NCBI RefSeq assembly: GCF_009914755.1
Contig: NC_060937.1
Strand: one strand, 5' to 3'
Length of the DNA: 64,000 nt
Source: the human T2T-CHM13v2.0 reference genome, Homo sapiens
A program made the translations under genes and the position numbers. Below the pieces are notes generated by a model, which saw nothing but the letters and a program-made list of their open reading frames with translations, was not told the origin of the DNA and did not search any database. Below, piece by piece: positions 50,640-64,000 of the stretch; position 1 is the stretch's first letter; each line of letters opens with the position of its first letter.

Positions 50640-51200
50640 GTCCTTCTCACTCCAGTAAAGCTGGTCTCGTCAGAGTTTCCAGTGACCACACTAGTGCTAA
50701 ATTCTATGTCAGTTTTCACTTCATGCCTTAGTAGCCCTATCAGCAGTGTCGGATACAGTTCATCACTTCCTCCTTTTTGGAACTTGTTCACTTGGCTTCC
50801 AGGAACACACACTCCTGGTTTTTCTCTTCCACAACTAACCTCTCCTTCTCTTGTCTTTTTTACTATACTTCCCATCCTGCTTACCTTTAAATTTGGGAGA
50901 GTCTCAATACTCAGTCCTTGGGTCTCTCATTATTTATGTTTGCTCTTTTTGTAAACTCAGCCTTATGGGTGTCAATAATCCGTATAGTGAAGGCTCCCTA
51001 TTTTTCTGTCCAGTCTCAATGTGTCCCCCAAATTTCTGGCTCTTTAACTGCCATATTCATTATTCAATAGGGGTCTCACACTTAGTTCTAAACTGAACTA
51101 TTCTCTCTCCAGGACCCCACTGTGCAGTCTTTCTCATCTGAGTTAATAGCAACTCCATCCTTTCAGTTACTCAAGACCAAAAAAAGGTATAAAAATTATT
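50640..51200 (+). mobile_element. L2; continues at 58820-59310
   Basis: CAGCAGTGTCGGATACAGTTCATCACTTCCTCC...CACTTGGCTTCCAGGAACAC; resumes with GATTATTACAATAGCCTTCTAACTG. Confidence 0.65.
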
Positions 51201-51896
51201 TTATACCCAATGTCTTTGAGCAACTACAAAAGAGTATCAGAGACTAGGTGGCTTATAAATATCAGAAATTTATTGTATTTCTGTTTTGGTAAAATTCATA
51301 CACAATTATACATATTTATGGAGTACAGTGTGATATTTAGATACATTAATACAATAGGTTAATGGTGAAATCAGAGTAATTAGGGTATCTATTAACTCAA
51401 ATGTTTATCATTTATTTGTGTTGAGAACATTCCAAAGCTTCTCTTCTAGCTATTTTTGAAATATACAATAAATTATTGGTAACTGTAGTCACTCTACAGT
51501 ACTATCAAACACTAGAACTTATTCTATGTAACTGTATTTTGTACCCATTAACCAATCTTTGTTTCCCCTCCTTCCTCTTTATTTTCCCAGCCCCAAATAA
51601 CCACCATTCTACTCTCTACCTCCATGATCAACCTTTTTATCTCTCATATATAAGTAAGAACGTATAAAATTTATCGTTCTGTGCCTGGCTTATTTCACTT
51701 AATATTGTCCAGGCTCATCCATGTTGCTGAAAAATGATAGAATTTTATTCCTTTTTATGGCTTAACAGTCTTCTATTATGCCTATATACCACATTTTCTT
51801 TATTCATTCACTCACTGATTGACACTTAGGTCGATTCGATTTCTTGCCTGTTATGAATAGTATTGTGATAAACATGAGAGTGTGGCTATCTCCCTG

Positions 51897-52082
51897 ATAT
51901 ACTTATATATATATACACACACACACACATATATACTATATATATATGTATATATATATGTATATATATGTGTATATATATGTATATATATGTATATATA
52001 TGTGTATATATATGTATATATATGTATATATATATGTATATATATATGTGTATATATATATATCAGTATATATACTAATATA

Positions 52083-52131
<49 letters not shown>
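51897..52131. repeat. Compound (TA)/(CA)/(TATATG)/(TG) microsatellite
   Basis: Seen directly. Confidence 0.95.
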
Positions 52132-52187
52132 TCTTTCTTTCTTTCTTTCTTTTGGATATGTACCCAGCAGTGGAATAGCTGGATTGA

Positions 52188-52305
52188 ATTTTTTAAAATT
52201 TATTTCTATAGGTTTTTGGGGAACAGATGGTATTTGGTTACACCGGTAAGTTCTTTAGTGGTGATTTGTGAGATTTTGGTGCACCCATCACCCAAACAGT
52301 ATACA
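52188..52305 (-). mobile_element. L1PB 3' tip
   Basis: GGTATTTGGTTAC...GTAAGTTCTTTAGTGGTGATTTGTGAGATTTTGGTGCACCCATCACCC. Confidence 0.75.
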
Positions 52306-52320
52306 TAAAGACTATAAATT

Positions 52321-52655
<335 letters not shown>

Positions 52656-53188
52656 CTACAAATTGGATTGGGAAAACTTTACATGTTTTTTTTTAATGGC
52701 TGTATTAATTTATATTTTCACCAACAGTGTACAAGAGTTCCACCTTCTTCACATCCTCACCAGCATCTGTTATTTTATGTCTTTTCTATAATAGCCATTT
52801 TAACTGGGGCGAGATGATACCTCATTGTGGTTTTGAGCTGCGTTTCCCTGATGATTAGTGACATTGAACATTTTTTCATATACTTTTTGGCTCATTGTAT
52901 GTCTTCTTTTGAGAAGTCTCTATAGAACTCCTTTGCCCATTTCTTAATTTGATTATTTGTATTTTTGCTATTGAATTGTTTGAGCTCCTTATATATTTTG
53001 ATTATTAATCCCCTGTCAGATGTATAGTTTGCAAATCCTTTTTGCCATTCTGCAGGTTCTCTCTTCACTGTTTGCTTTGCTGTGTAGAAGCTTTTTAGAT
53101 AGATGTAATCCCATTTCTCTACTTTTGCTATTGTTGCTCGTGCTTTTGAGGTCTTACTCAAAAATCTTTGCCAAGACCAATATCCTGA

Positions 53189-53190
<2 letters not shown>

Positions 53191-53230
<40 letters not shown>
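53191..53230. repeat. (TG)20 microsatellite
   Basis: Seen directly. Confidence 0.95.
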
Positions 53231-53235
<5 letters not shown>

Positions 53236-56200
53236 CTTAGTAGTTTTGTAGTTTAGGTTTTACATTGAAGTCTTTAATTCATCTTGACTTGATTTTTTAT
53301 ATGATAAGAGATAGGGGTCTAGTTTTATTCTTCTGTGTATGGATATTCAGCTTTTGGCACCATTTATTGAAGAGACTGTTCTTTCTTATATGTATGTTCT
53401 TTGTGCCTTTGTGAAAAACGAGTTGGTTGTAAACGCACTGATTTATTTCTGGGTTCTTTATTCTGTTTCGTTGGCCTACATGTCTGTTTTTAGGCCAGTA
53501 CCATGCTGACTTGGTTACTCTAGCTTTGTAGTATATTTTGAAATCAGGCAGTGTGATGCCTTCAGCTTTGTTCTTTTTTCTTAGGATTGCTTTTTCTATT
53601 TGGGGTCTTTTGTGGTTTCACACAAATTTTAGGATTGCCTTTTCTATTTCTGTGAAGAATGCCATTGGTATTTTGATAGGAATTGTATTCAATTTGTAGA
53701 TCACTTTGGGTAGTATGGACATTTTAACAATATTATTCCAATTCATGAATGTGGGATATCTTTCAATTTTTTTGTCCTATTAAATTTCTTTTGCTAGTGT
53801 CTCATCATTTTCATTTTAGAGTTCTTTCACTTCCTTAAATTTATTCCTTAGTTTTTTTTTCTGTAGCTATTGCAAATGGAATTGCTTTATTGCTTTTTCA
53901 GATTGTTTACTCTTGGTGTATAGAAATCCTACTGATTTTTGCACTTTGATTTTGTTTCCTGCAACTTTGCTGAACTCATTTATTATTTCTGATAGTTTTT
54001 TGCTGGAGTCATTATATTCTAAGTGTAAGATCATGTTGTCTGAAAACAAGAACAATTTGACTTCATTCTTTCCAATTTGAGTTTCCTTTATTTTCTCTTG
54101 CCTAATTGCTCTGGCTGACTTTCACTACAACGTTGAATAAAAGCAGTGAAAGTGATCATCCTTGTCTTGAGCCAGATCTCAGAGGAAAGAGTTTTAATTT
54201 GCCTCTACTCAGTAGATATTAGTTGTGGTCTTGTTATATATGGCCTTCATTATTTTGAAGTTTGTTCCTTCTGTACCCTCTTTTTTGAGAGTTTATCATG
54301 AATGCATGTTGAGAGTGTTTATCATGAATGGATGTTTTTGTTGAGAGTGTTTGTTGAGTGTTTTTGAGAGTGTTTGTTGAGATTGTTTATTTTGTTGAGA
54401 GTGTTTATCATGAATGGATGTTGAATTTTATCAAATGCTTTTTCTGCATCTATTGAGTTGATCATATTATTTTTTTCATTTGTGGATATGGTGTATCACA
54501 TTTATTGATTTGCATATGTTGAGCTATCTTTGCATTTCTTGGATAAATTCCACTTGATTGTGTTGTTTTTTTTGATGTTTGATTTAATTAGCTAGTATTT
54601 TGATAAGAATATTTTCCATCTATGCTCATCAGGGATATTGGCCTACAATTTGTTGTTGTATCCTTTTCTGGTTTTGGTATCAAAGTAACGCTTACCTTGT
54701 AGAATGAGTAAGAAAAAATACCCTCCTATTCAATTTTTGAAATAGTTTGAGAATAATTGGTTGTAGTTTTTTTTTAAAGTTTGGTGAAATTCAGCAGTAA
54801 AACTATCCAGTCCTGAACTTTTCCTTGGTTGGAGACTTATTACTAATAGATCTTGTACTTGTTACTGTTCTGCTTAGGTTTTCTATTTCTTCCTGGTTCA
54901 ATCTTGGTGTGTTATATGTGTTTAGGAATTTTTTCATTTTCTCCAAGTTTTTAAATTTGTTGATGTATAGTTATTCATAACAGTCTCTAATGATTCTTTT
55001 TATTTCTGTGGTATTACTTTTAATGTCTTTTTGTTTGTTTCTGGTTTTACTTATTTGAATCTTTACTCTTTCTCAGTCTGTTTGTTAATTTGGTTGTTCT
55101 TTCAGAAAAACCTTTCATTTTGTTGATTTTTTTGTATTTTTAAGTCTTGATTTTATTTAGTTTTGCTATGACTTTTATTATTTCTCTTCTTCCAGTAATT
55201 ATGGGTTTGATTTATTTTTGCTTTTCCAATTTCTGATAATTAGGGGTTAATCATTTGTTTGTTTATTTAAAATATTTCTACTTCTTTGATGTAGCCATTT
55301 ATTGCTAAAAACTTCTCTTAGTACTGCTTTTGCTGTATCCTATAGGGTTTGGAATGTGGTGTTTCCATTTTTATTTCTTTCAAGTAGTTTTTACATTTTA
55401 TTATTGATCTCTTTATTTACCCAGTGGTCATTCATGAGCATGTTATTTAATTTCCACATATTCGTATGTTCACAAATTTCCTCTTGTTGTTAATTTTTAT
55501 TCTATTATGGCCTGAAATGATACCTGATAAAATTTTCATTTTTGAATATGTATTGAGACTTGTTTAGTGGCCTAATATATTGTCTGTCATAGAGAATGCA
55601 CCAGGTGCTAGATGAGAAGAATGTGTATTCTGCAGCTGTTGTATGAGATGTTCTATAAATGTCTGTTAGGTCCATTTGGTCTGTAGAGCTGTTTAAGTCT
55701 AATGTTTCTTTGTTAAATTTCTGTGTAGGTTATCTGTCTAATGCTGAAAGTGGGGAGTGTTGAATCCCCATCTATTTTTGTATTGAGTTGTATCTGTCCC
55801 TTATACTTTAATATTTTTCTTATGTATCTGGCTGCTCTGCTTTTTGGGTGCATATATGTTTGGAATAATTATATCTTCTTGCTGAATTAATCCCTTTCTT
55901 ATTATATAATGGCCTTCTTTGTCTCTTTATCTTTTTTTAGTCTTAATTTCTATTTTGTCTGATGTAAGTATGACTACTTGTGCATGCTTTTGGTTTCCAT
56001 TTGCATGAAATATCTTTTTCTATCCTTTCAGTTTATTTGTGTCTGTACAGGTAGGTGAGTTTCTTGCAGGCAGCATATAACACGGTCTTGCTTCTTTCTT
56101 TTTCTTTTTAAAAAATCTGTTCAACCTGTCTATATCTTTTAATTGGGGAACTTATACTATTTACATTCAAGGTTGCGATTAATAGATGAGAACCTACTTC

Positions 56201-59200
56201 TGTCATTTTGTCAATTGTTTTCAGATTGTTTGGTGTAAACATTCTTATTGCATATATTTGTGATTTGGTGGCTTTTTGTAGTGGATAACATTTGATTTCT
56301 TTCTATTTCTCATTTGTATATTTGCTCTTCCAGTGAGTTTTTGACTTCCCTATATTTTTATGATAGATACTGTCCTTTTGCTTCCAGATGTCGGACTCCT
56401 GTAAGCCTTTATTATAGGAGCAGTCTAGTGGTGATGCTGAATTCCCTGTTTTGTTTGTCTGGGAAATACATTATTTCCTTATTTCTGAAGGATTGGTTTG
56501 CTGGGTATAGTATTCTTGACTGATAAATTTGTTTTTCTTTGAGCACTTTGAATATATCATCCCATTCTTTCCTGGCCTATAAGGTTTCTGCTAAGAAATC
56601 TGCCGTTAGAGATTCCGTTAAATGTGACTTGATGCTTTTCTTTTGCAGTTTTGAGAATATCCTCATTTGTTTTTGACTTCTAACAGTTTTGCTATAATCT
56701 GCTTTGAAGAAAACGTTTTTTGGATTGAATCTATTTGGGGATCTTAGAGCTTCCTTTTTCAAGATGTTTATAACTTTTGCAAACTTGGGACGTTTTCAGC
56801 AATTATTTCATTAAACAGGATTTCTATGCCTTTTATCATCTATTCTCCTTGTTGAACTTCCAATCTTTGGATACTTGTTCACTTGATGTGGTACTATATG
56901 TCACACAGGCTTTCTTCACTCTTCTAACATTTTTTTCTCTTTCATTTCTTTTTTAATATATTTTTCTGACTAGCTTCTATAAAAACCTGTTTTTGAGTTC
57001 AAAAATTATTTTTTCTGTTAATCTACTTAATTGTTAATTTTATTTTTTATTTTATTCATTAAATTCTTCAGTTCTGGGATTTCTGTTTGGGTCTTTCTAA
57101 TGATATCTATCCCTTTACTGAATTTCTCATTCAGATCATGAATTATTTTTCTCCTACTTTTGTATTGTTTGTGTTCCCTTGTTTCTCTGAGTTTCCTTAA
57201 GATTATTATTTTGAACAGGCATTGCATAGATTTCCCTTTTTTGGAGTCCTGTTACTGGAGTGTTACTGTGTTCCTTTCTTTGAAGGTGCCATGTTTTCTT
57301 AGTTTTTCTTGTTTCTTCTGTCCTTCTGTTGATATCTGTGCATTTGGTGTAACTGTCACTTCTTCCAATTTTATAGAATAGCTTCTGTAGAAGAAGGCTT
57401 TTTCTGTAGATGTATCTATAATGTCAGTTGTGTAAACTGATTTGTCCTTGGTTCTGGGTGGGCACTGTAGTGTAATCTTCATATAAATTCTTCAGCTGTA
57501 ATTAATGCCAGCAGTGTCTGTGAGTTCTTTAGAGGCTTAGGCTGTGGTTGTTTGCAGAGGCTGTGGGGAGGTTTTCCTGGAGACAAGGGTGCTGAGTGGG
57601 TCACTCCTCAGCCCCTAGGTGGCATGTTTAGGCACTGGTTGTGATGGTGACATGTTCTGTGTGGGTCTGCCTTTGAGCCTCCAGGTAGAATGTATGTGTG
57701 ATCACCTGCAGTGAAGATGGTGGGTCAGTCCTTGGGCACCTGGGTAAGGTGAGTGAGCACCCCACAGCAGTGTCTACGGAGGGGTAGAACAAGGGTCCTT
57801 GGCCTCCTGGACAGGGTACACAGGTGGTGTCTGTGGCAGGTTGAGTAGGTCCATCCCTAGGCCCCCAGGTGGAAAGCACAGCTGTGTGATGACTCCACTG
57901 CTTGTGGGGGGTGGAATCACTGTCAGTGGTGGTGGCCCCAGGCATGCTGCTCTCAGGCTCTGTGAAGTATACACTTTTGTTCCCTATGTCCTGGGGGCAG
58001 CCTCCCTAATGTGCTGGACTGCCCATTCCCCAGGGTGTAGGGTGCTGTGTGAGCTTAAGAGCTAGTGGTGTGGCACATCAATAGGTCCAGGAAGTTCTGT
58101 GACGCTGTAGCCCTCTGAGTGAATGTATGAGAATGTTGGTAGGACCCCAGGGATGTGGAGATGCCGGGGCTATTGGGTCCCAGGGCAGGATATAGTCTCC
58201 TGTTGGCTCTGCGTTCAAACTGGTACTGTGCTGCAGCACCAGGGTCCCAGGGGTAGGACCCAGTGTGAGTTCTCCCTCTGGAATAATGTAGTCTTGTTGA
58301 CTCCAGGCAGCTCCCTATCTAGGCTTAGGGCTTATGAGGACTAAGGGGCTTTATTGTAGCTAGGACTGAAGATGTGTGGATGTTGATGCTGGAGATCTCT
58401 TGTTTACCTTTTTCCTGCAATTGGGAGTCCCTCCTGACTCTGAGCTGGTCTGACTGGCTGTCTTGCTTCCCTCTCTGTGCTGCCATCTTGAGCTGCCATG
58501 CCTCATAGGGTCCCTGTCCTATTTCTCACAGTTCTGGAGCCTGACAGTCTGAGATAGGGAGTCAACATGGTTGGGTTTTGGTGAGATCCCTCTTCTAAGT
58601 TGCAGACTGCCAACTTTTCCTTATAGCTTCATGAGGCAGGAAGAGTGCTAAAGAGCTCTCTGGAATCTCTTTTATAAGGGTAATAATCCCATTCATTAGG
58701 GCTCCACCTTCATGTACTAGATTTTATCTTTCAAAGGCCCTACCTCCTAAAACCATCACATTGGGGGTTAGGATTTCAACACATAAATTTTGGAGGGACA
58801 TAAACATAAAGTCTAAACACCTCACATTTTGTCAGGACATTTATAAAGTCTATCTTAGAACCATACGCAAACTCTAACTCATTCAAAAATTGTTTTTCAT
58901 AGTACCTGGTCCATGCTACCCTCATCTCTAGATGGGATTATTACAATAGCCTTCTAACTGTAGAAGGTTACAATTCTTCCCTTCTTCTTCCACGTTTACT
59001 TCTTACAATCTATCTAAAACAAACTGTCACAGTGATCTTTTACAACATATAAGTCCTGCTTAGGAAGTCCTATAAAGCCTTACAAAATCAAAGAGGACCC
59101 TATGGCTCATTTCTGATTCCATTACTTATAACTTTTTCTCTTATGCCCATCTGGCTAAACCATAGTGGCTGTTTGTGTTCCCTTAAATAGGCCAAGCTTC

Positions 59201-59320
59201 CTTCATCCTTTGAACTTTGCATATGCTGTTTATTAATCTGGAACTCAAACTTTAAGGCCTTTTCTCAAAGCTATCTTCAATGTGTAACTCTTTCTAACCA
59301 TTCTATACAGAATTGTAGCA

Positions 59321-59649
59321 TAGTAGTCCCTACTTATTCCTGGGGTATATGTTCCAAGACTCCTAGTGCCTTGGAAGCCACAGATAGTACCAAATTTTTT
59401 ATATATGTACCAAATTATGTATATATATTTTAGTTTTTTATGTACATATATTAAAATGCTGTTTTTATATAGTATGTTTGTTATATATATAAACTATATT
59501 ATATATATAAACTATGTTTTTGATACTTACACACCTATGATAAAATTTATAAATTAGGCATAGTAATAATATTAATATTTCGGGGCTGTGGTTGACTGTG
59601 GATAACTGAAACCATGAAAAGTGAAAATGTGGATAAGAGGGGGTTACTG
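59321..59649 (+). mobile_element. MER44A-type MITE
   Basis: TAGTAGTCCCTACTTAT...GTTCCAAGAC and terminus GGATAAGAGGGGGTTACTG followed by TA. Confidence 0.8.
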
Positions 59650-60167
59650 TATATCAAATTCTAACAAAAACAAATGGTCCCCTTACCTCCTTCCCTGCTT
59701 TTTCCTGCCATGGCTCATATTGCCAGAGCTACATGTATTGTCTGTCTGCCCCACCAGTGTAATATAAGTTTTGCCATATTGCTTACTAGCTAAATGAGTA
59801 TCTGTCATGTTTTAGGTTGCCTAGTAAATATATTTAAATAACCTTGTTGGACTTGCTTAATATTACTTTGGTTATATACGTGTTCATCCTGCTATCTTGG
59901 AAAGCCACGATAAGCCTTTCTAAGCCTCAGTTTTATCTTAAAAAAAATGGAAATACTAGTACTATCTACATTACTTGGAATTAATTTGAGGATTAAATTT
60001 TAAAATGACCTAAACATTTAGCATGGTCCCAGGTACATTAGAAAATCGCCAACAGTGTTAATTATGATTATGGTAGTGGTGAATATTATGGTAGTTATTT
60101 AGGTGCTGTTATCTGCAAAGAACTATCAGGCATGTATTTTACTTGCATGGAGCTAACGTGGGAAATA

Positions 60168-60209
60168 TATATTTGTCAGAGTTTTCCAGAAAAGCAGAAA
60201 CAATAGGAG

Positions 60210-60262
<53 letters not shown>

Positions 60263-60782
60263 ATTATATATGTTTGTATGTAATTACATATGTATATACA
60301 TATATAATATAAATGTGTGTATGTGTATATTTATAATTAAGGGAGATATATGTTTATAGATCTATTTATTTATTATAACAAATTTTCTCACATGATAATG
60401 AAAGCTGAGGAGTTCTATGATCTGCGTATCTGCAAGGTGATGACCTGGAAAAGCTGGTGGTGTGATTCAGAGTCTGAAGACTTGAGAACTAGAGTTGCTG
60501 ATGATGTAAATCCAAGTCTAAGGGCAGGATAAGACTGATGTCTCAGTTCCAACAGGCAGAAAAAAGACAAATTCCCTCTTCCTTCACCTTTGTTCTATTG
60601 AGGTCCTCAAGAGATTGGCTGATGCCCTCCCATATCATCCAGTAATGAGGAGGTCCATCTGTTTTACTGAGTTCACTAAGTCAAATGCTAATACCTCACA
60701 GACACATCCAGAAATAATGTTTAGCCAAATATCTGGGCATTCTATGACCCAGTCAAGGTGACATGCAAGATGAACCATTACA
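60168..60782 (-). mobile_element. MLT2 solo LTR containing (CA)n at 60212-60260
   Basis: TCCAGAAAAGCAGAAACAATAGGAGAT...CCCAGTCAAGGTGACATGCAAGATGAACCATTACA. Confidence 0.85.
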
Positions 60783-61188
60783 ATATGTATACAGGAGTTT
60801 CTAATACAAAATAGAAAGTAAGTGCTTTAGAGAGGTAGATGAATATTGTAAAATCTAGGTGGGGGAGTCAGGATTTCACTGAGCCTTTCGAGTCAAAAGG
60901 CTATAGTTAAGATGACTGTTCTGCCTTATGCTAGCTATTTGAACTTGGATGAATTACTCAACCTTTCTGATATATAGAACAAGAATAAAGATGATGATCA
61001 TGATAATGATGATGACGATTCTATCAGAGGTTTGTTGAGAAGATTAAGTGAAATAAGGGATAAAAAACATTTACTTGCAAGGTTGACTCATTTCCAAACA
61101 GAAACTTAATGTAGGAAAAGGAATTTCTATGTTTGGAGGAAATCCTTTGGGGACTATTTTTCTTAGTTTCTTATGTAATGTGAATGGG

Positions 61189-61264
<76 letters not shown>

Positions 61265-61269
61265 GAGAG
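61189..61269. repeat. (TA)n(GA)n compound microsatellite
   Basis: Seen directly. Confidence 0.95.
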
Positions 61270-61576
61270 ATGAGAAATATGTAAGTAATGTGGCACAGAA
61301 AATTGAGACTTAATGTTTTGGCTGAGGTTGAATTTTTGTGGCAACCACATTAGTATATGTCTTCCATATGAATTCTCTTTGACTAGGAATGCTGCCTTTA
61401 TGTATAGTTTTGATGAATGGGCTAGTATACTATGTTGAAAAATAAAATCAAGTTTGTTTTATATAAAATGTTCAGACTATTAATATCCACTAGCCACCGG
61501 GAAAAGTATCTAAGAACCTAGACTACAAAAATAAGTCAGACTTGTGTAGATTTGAGTAAGAAACAAAACTGAGCTC

Positions 61577-63878
61577 TGATATGGTTTGGCTGTGTCCCCA
61601 CTTAAATCTCATCTTGAATCGTAGCTCCCACAATTCACATGTGTTGTGGCTGGGACCCGGTGGGAGGTAATTGAATCATAGGGGAGGGTTTTTCCTGTGC
61701 TGTTCTCATGATAGTGAATAAGTCTTGTGAGATCTGATGGTTTTGTAATGGGGAGTGTCCCTGCACAAGCTCTCCTTTTGCCTGCTGTCATCCATGTAAA
61801 ATGTGACTTGCTCCTCCTTGCCTTCCACCATGATTGTGAGGCCTCTCTAGCTATGTGGAACTGTGAGTCCATTAAACCTCTTTCTTTTGTAAATTGTCCA
61901 GTCTTTGGTATGTCTTTATCAGCAGCATGAAAATGTACTAATACAATACATTGTTACCAGTAGTGTGGGGCACTGCTGTAAAGTTATCCAAAAATGTGGA
62001 AGTGACTTTGGAACTGGAGGTTGGAACAGTTTGGAGGGCTCAGAAGACAGGAAAATGTGGGAAAGTTTGGAACTTCCTAGAATCTTGTTGAATGGCTTTG
62101 ACCAAAATGCTGATAATGATATGGACAATGAAATCCAGGCTGAGATGGTCTCAGATGGAGATGAGGAGATTGTTGGGAACTAGAGTAAAGCTGACTCTCG
62201 CTATGTTTTAGCAAAGAGACTGGTGGCATTTTGCCCCTTCCCTAGGGATTTGTGGAACTTTGAACTTGAGAAAGATGATTTAAGGTATCTGGTAGAAGAG
62301 ATTTCTCGGCAGCAAAGCATTCAAGATGTGACTTAGGTACTGTCAAAGGCATTCCGTTTTATAAGAGAAGCAGAGCATAAAAGTTCAGAAAACTTGCAGC
62401 GTGACGATGTGATAAAAAAGAAAATCCCATTTGCTAAGGAGAAATTGAAGCCAGCTGCAGAAATTTGCATAAGTAACAAGGAACTAAATGTTAATCCCTA
62501 AGACAATGGAAAAAATGTCTCCAGGGCATGTCAGAGGTCTTAATGGCAGCCCTTCCCATCACAGACCTAGAGGTCTAGGAGGAAAAAATGGTTTTGTAGG
62601 CTGAGCTCAGGGCCTCCCTGCTGTGTGCCACCTAATAACTTGGTGCCCTGTGTCCCAGCTGCTCTAGCCATGGCTAAAAGAGGCCAAGATGATAGCTCAG
62701 GCCATGGCTTCACAGGGTGCAAGCTCCAAACTTTGGCAGCTTCCATGTAGTGTTGAGCCTGTGGGTGCATAGAAGTCAAGAATTGAGGTTTGGGAACCTC
62801 TGCCTAGATTTCAGAGGACATATGGAAACTCCTGGATGTCCAGGCAGAAGTTTGCTGCAGGGGCAAGGCCCTCATGGAGAACCTCTGCTAGGGCAATGCA
62901 GAAGGAAAATGTGTGGCTGAAGCCCCCACACAGTGGCCCCACTGGGGCACTGCCTAGTAGAGCTGTGAGAAGAGGGCCGCTGTTCTTCAGATCTTAGAAT
63001 GGTAGATCCACTGACAGCATGCACTATGCACCTGGAAAAGCTGCAGACACTCAATGCCAGCCTGTGAAAGCAGCCAGGAGGGAGGCTGTACCCTGAAAAG
63101 CTACAGGGGTTGAGCTGCACAAGACCACAGGAACCCATCTCTTGCATCAGTGTGACATGAATGTGAGACATGGAGTTAAAAGAGATCATTTTGAAGTTTT
63201 AAAATTTGATTGCCCTGTTAGATTTCAGACTTGCATAGGGCCTGTAGCCCTCTTGTTTTCGCTCATTTCTCCCATTTGGAATGGGTGTATTTATCCAATG
63301 CCTGTACCCCCATTGTATCTAGGAAGTAAGTGACTTGCTTCTGATTTTACAGGCCCATAGGCAGAAGTGACTTGTCTTGTCTCAGATAAGGGTTTGGACT
63401 GTGGACTTTTGAATTAATGTTAATATGATTTAAGACTTTGGGGGACTATTGGGAAGGCATGACTGGTTTTGAAATGTGAGGACATGAGATTTTGGGGGGG
63501 GTTGGGTAGAGTGATATGGTTTGGCTGTGTTCCCACCCAAATCTCATCTTGAATGGTAGCTCCCACAATTCCCATGTGTTGTGGGAGGGATCCAGTGGGA
63601 AGTAATTGTATCATGGGGATGGGTCTTTTCTGTGCTGTTCTTGTGATACAGAATAAGTCTCATGAGATCTGATGGTTTTATAAGTGGGAGTTTCTCTGCA
63701 CAAGCTGTCTTTGCCTGCTGCCATCCATGTAAGATACTGCTTGCTCCTCCTTGCCTTCCACCGTAATTGTGAGGCCTCCCCAGCCATGTGGAACTGTAAA
63801 TCCATTAAACCTCTTTCTTTTGTAAATTGTGCCATCTCAGGTATGTCTTTATCAGCAGTGTGGAAATGGACTAATACA
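61577..63878 (+). mobile_element. Complete THE1C-like MaLR provirus
   Basis: LTRs 61577-61945 and 63512-63878 (TGATATGG...CTAATACA), internal region about 1.57 kb, TSD AGCTC at 61572-61576 and 63879-63883. Confidence 0.95.
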
Positions 63879-64000
63879 AGCTCCTTAATCTGCTATAAAA
63901 TTATCAGTCTCCCATCAGCCAGTGAAACAATGCAAGCCACTTCTTTTCTAACTAACCCATTAGAAAGTGTCCTTATCCCTGTTTAAAAAATTAGTTTTCA

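Noticed and set aside
51882-52308. Y/I/V/C-rich ORFs
   Set aside because: Microsatellite translations
63775-63787. PRDM9 hotspot motif in the THE1 LTRs
   Set aside because: The 3' LTR reads CCTCCCCAGCCAT and the 5' LTR CCTCTCTAGCTAT; neither matches CCNCCNTNNCCNC

Overview
AT-rich, CpG-depleted primate genomic DNA, probably human (AluY/S/J, THE1 and LTR1/HUERS-P2 are present). It looks like an intergenic region or a large intron. I found no credible protein-coding exon, functional RNA gene, CpG island or CRISPR array; the supplied ORFs are repeat-derived or of chance length. A large part of the window is transposon fossil: about 11 Alu pieces, a near-full-length L1MA, a complete THE1C provirus with TSD, a doubly truncated THE1B, a truncated LTR1/HUERS-P2 provirus (PBS-Pro, gag remnant), a MER4-group ERV with an env TM remnant, and MLT1/MLT2/MER66 LTRs, MER44/MER58/MER20 DNA elements, L2 and MIR. 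Repeat family names come from my recollection of consensus sequences, not from a database search. I did not find a convincing new biological system. The most notable signals are: an ancient local inverted duplication of a MER44/LTR junction ending in a fold-back hairpin; an LTR1 that looks promoter-competent inside a complex rearrangement; a cluster of 7 GATA sites apparently made by template switching; and several candidate enhancer modules.
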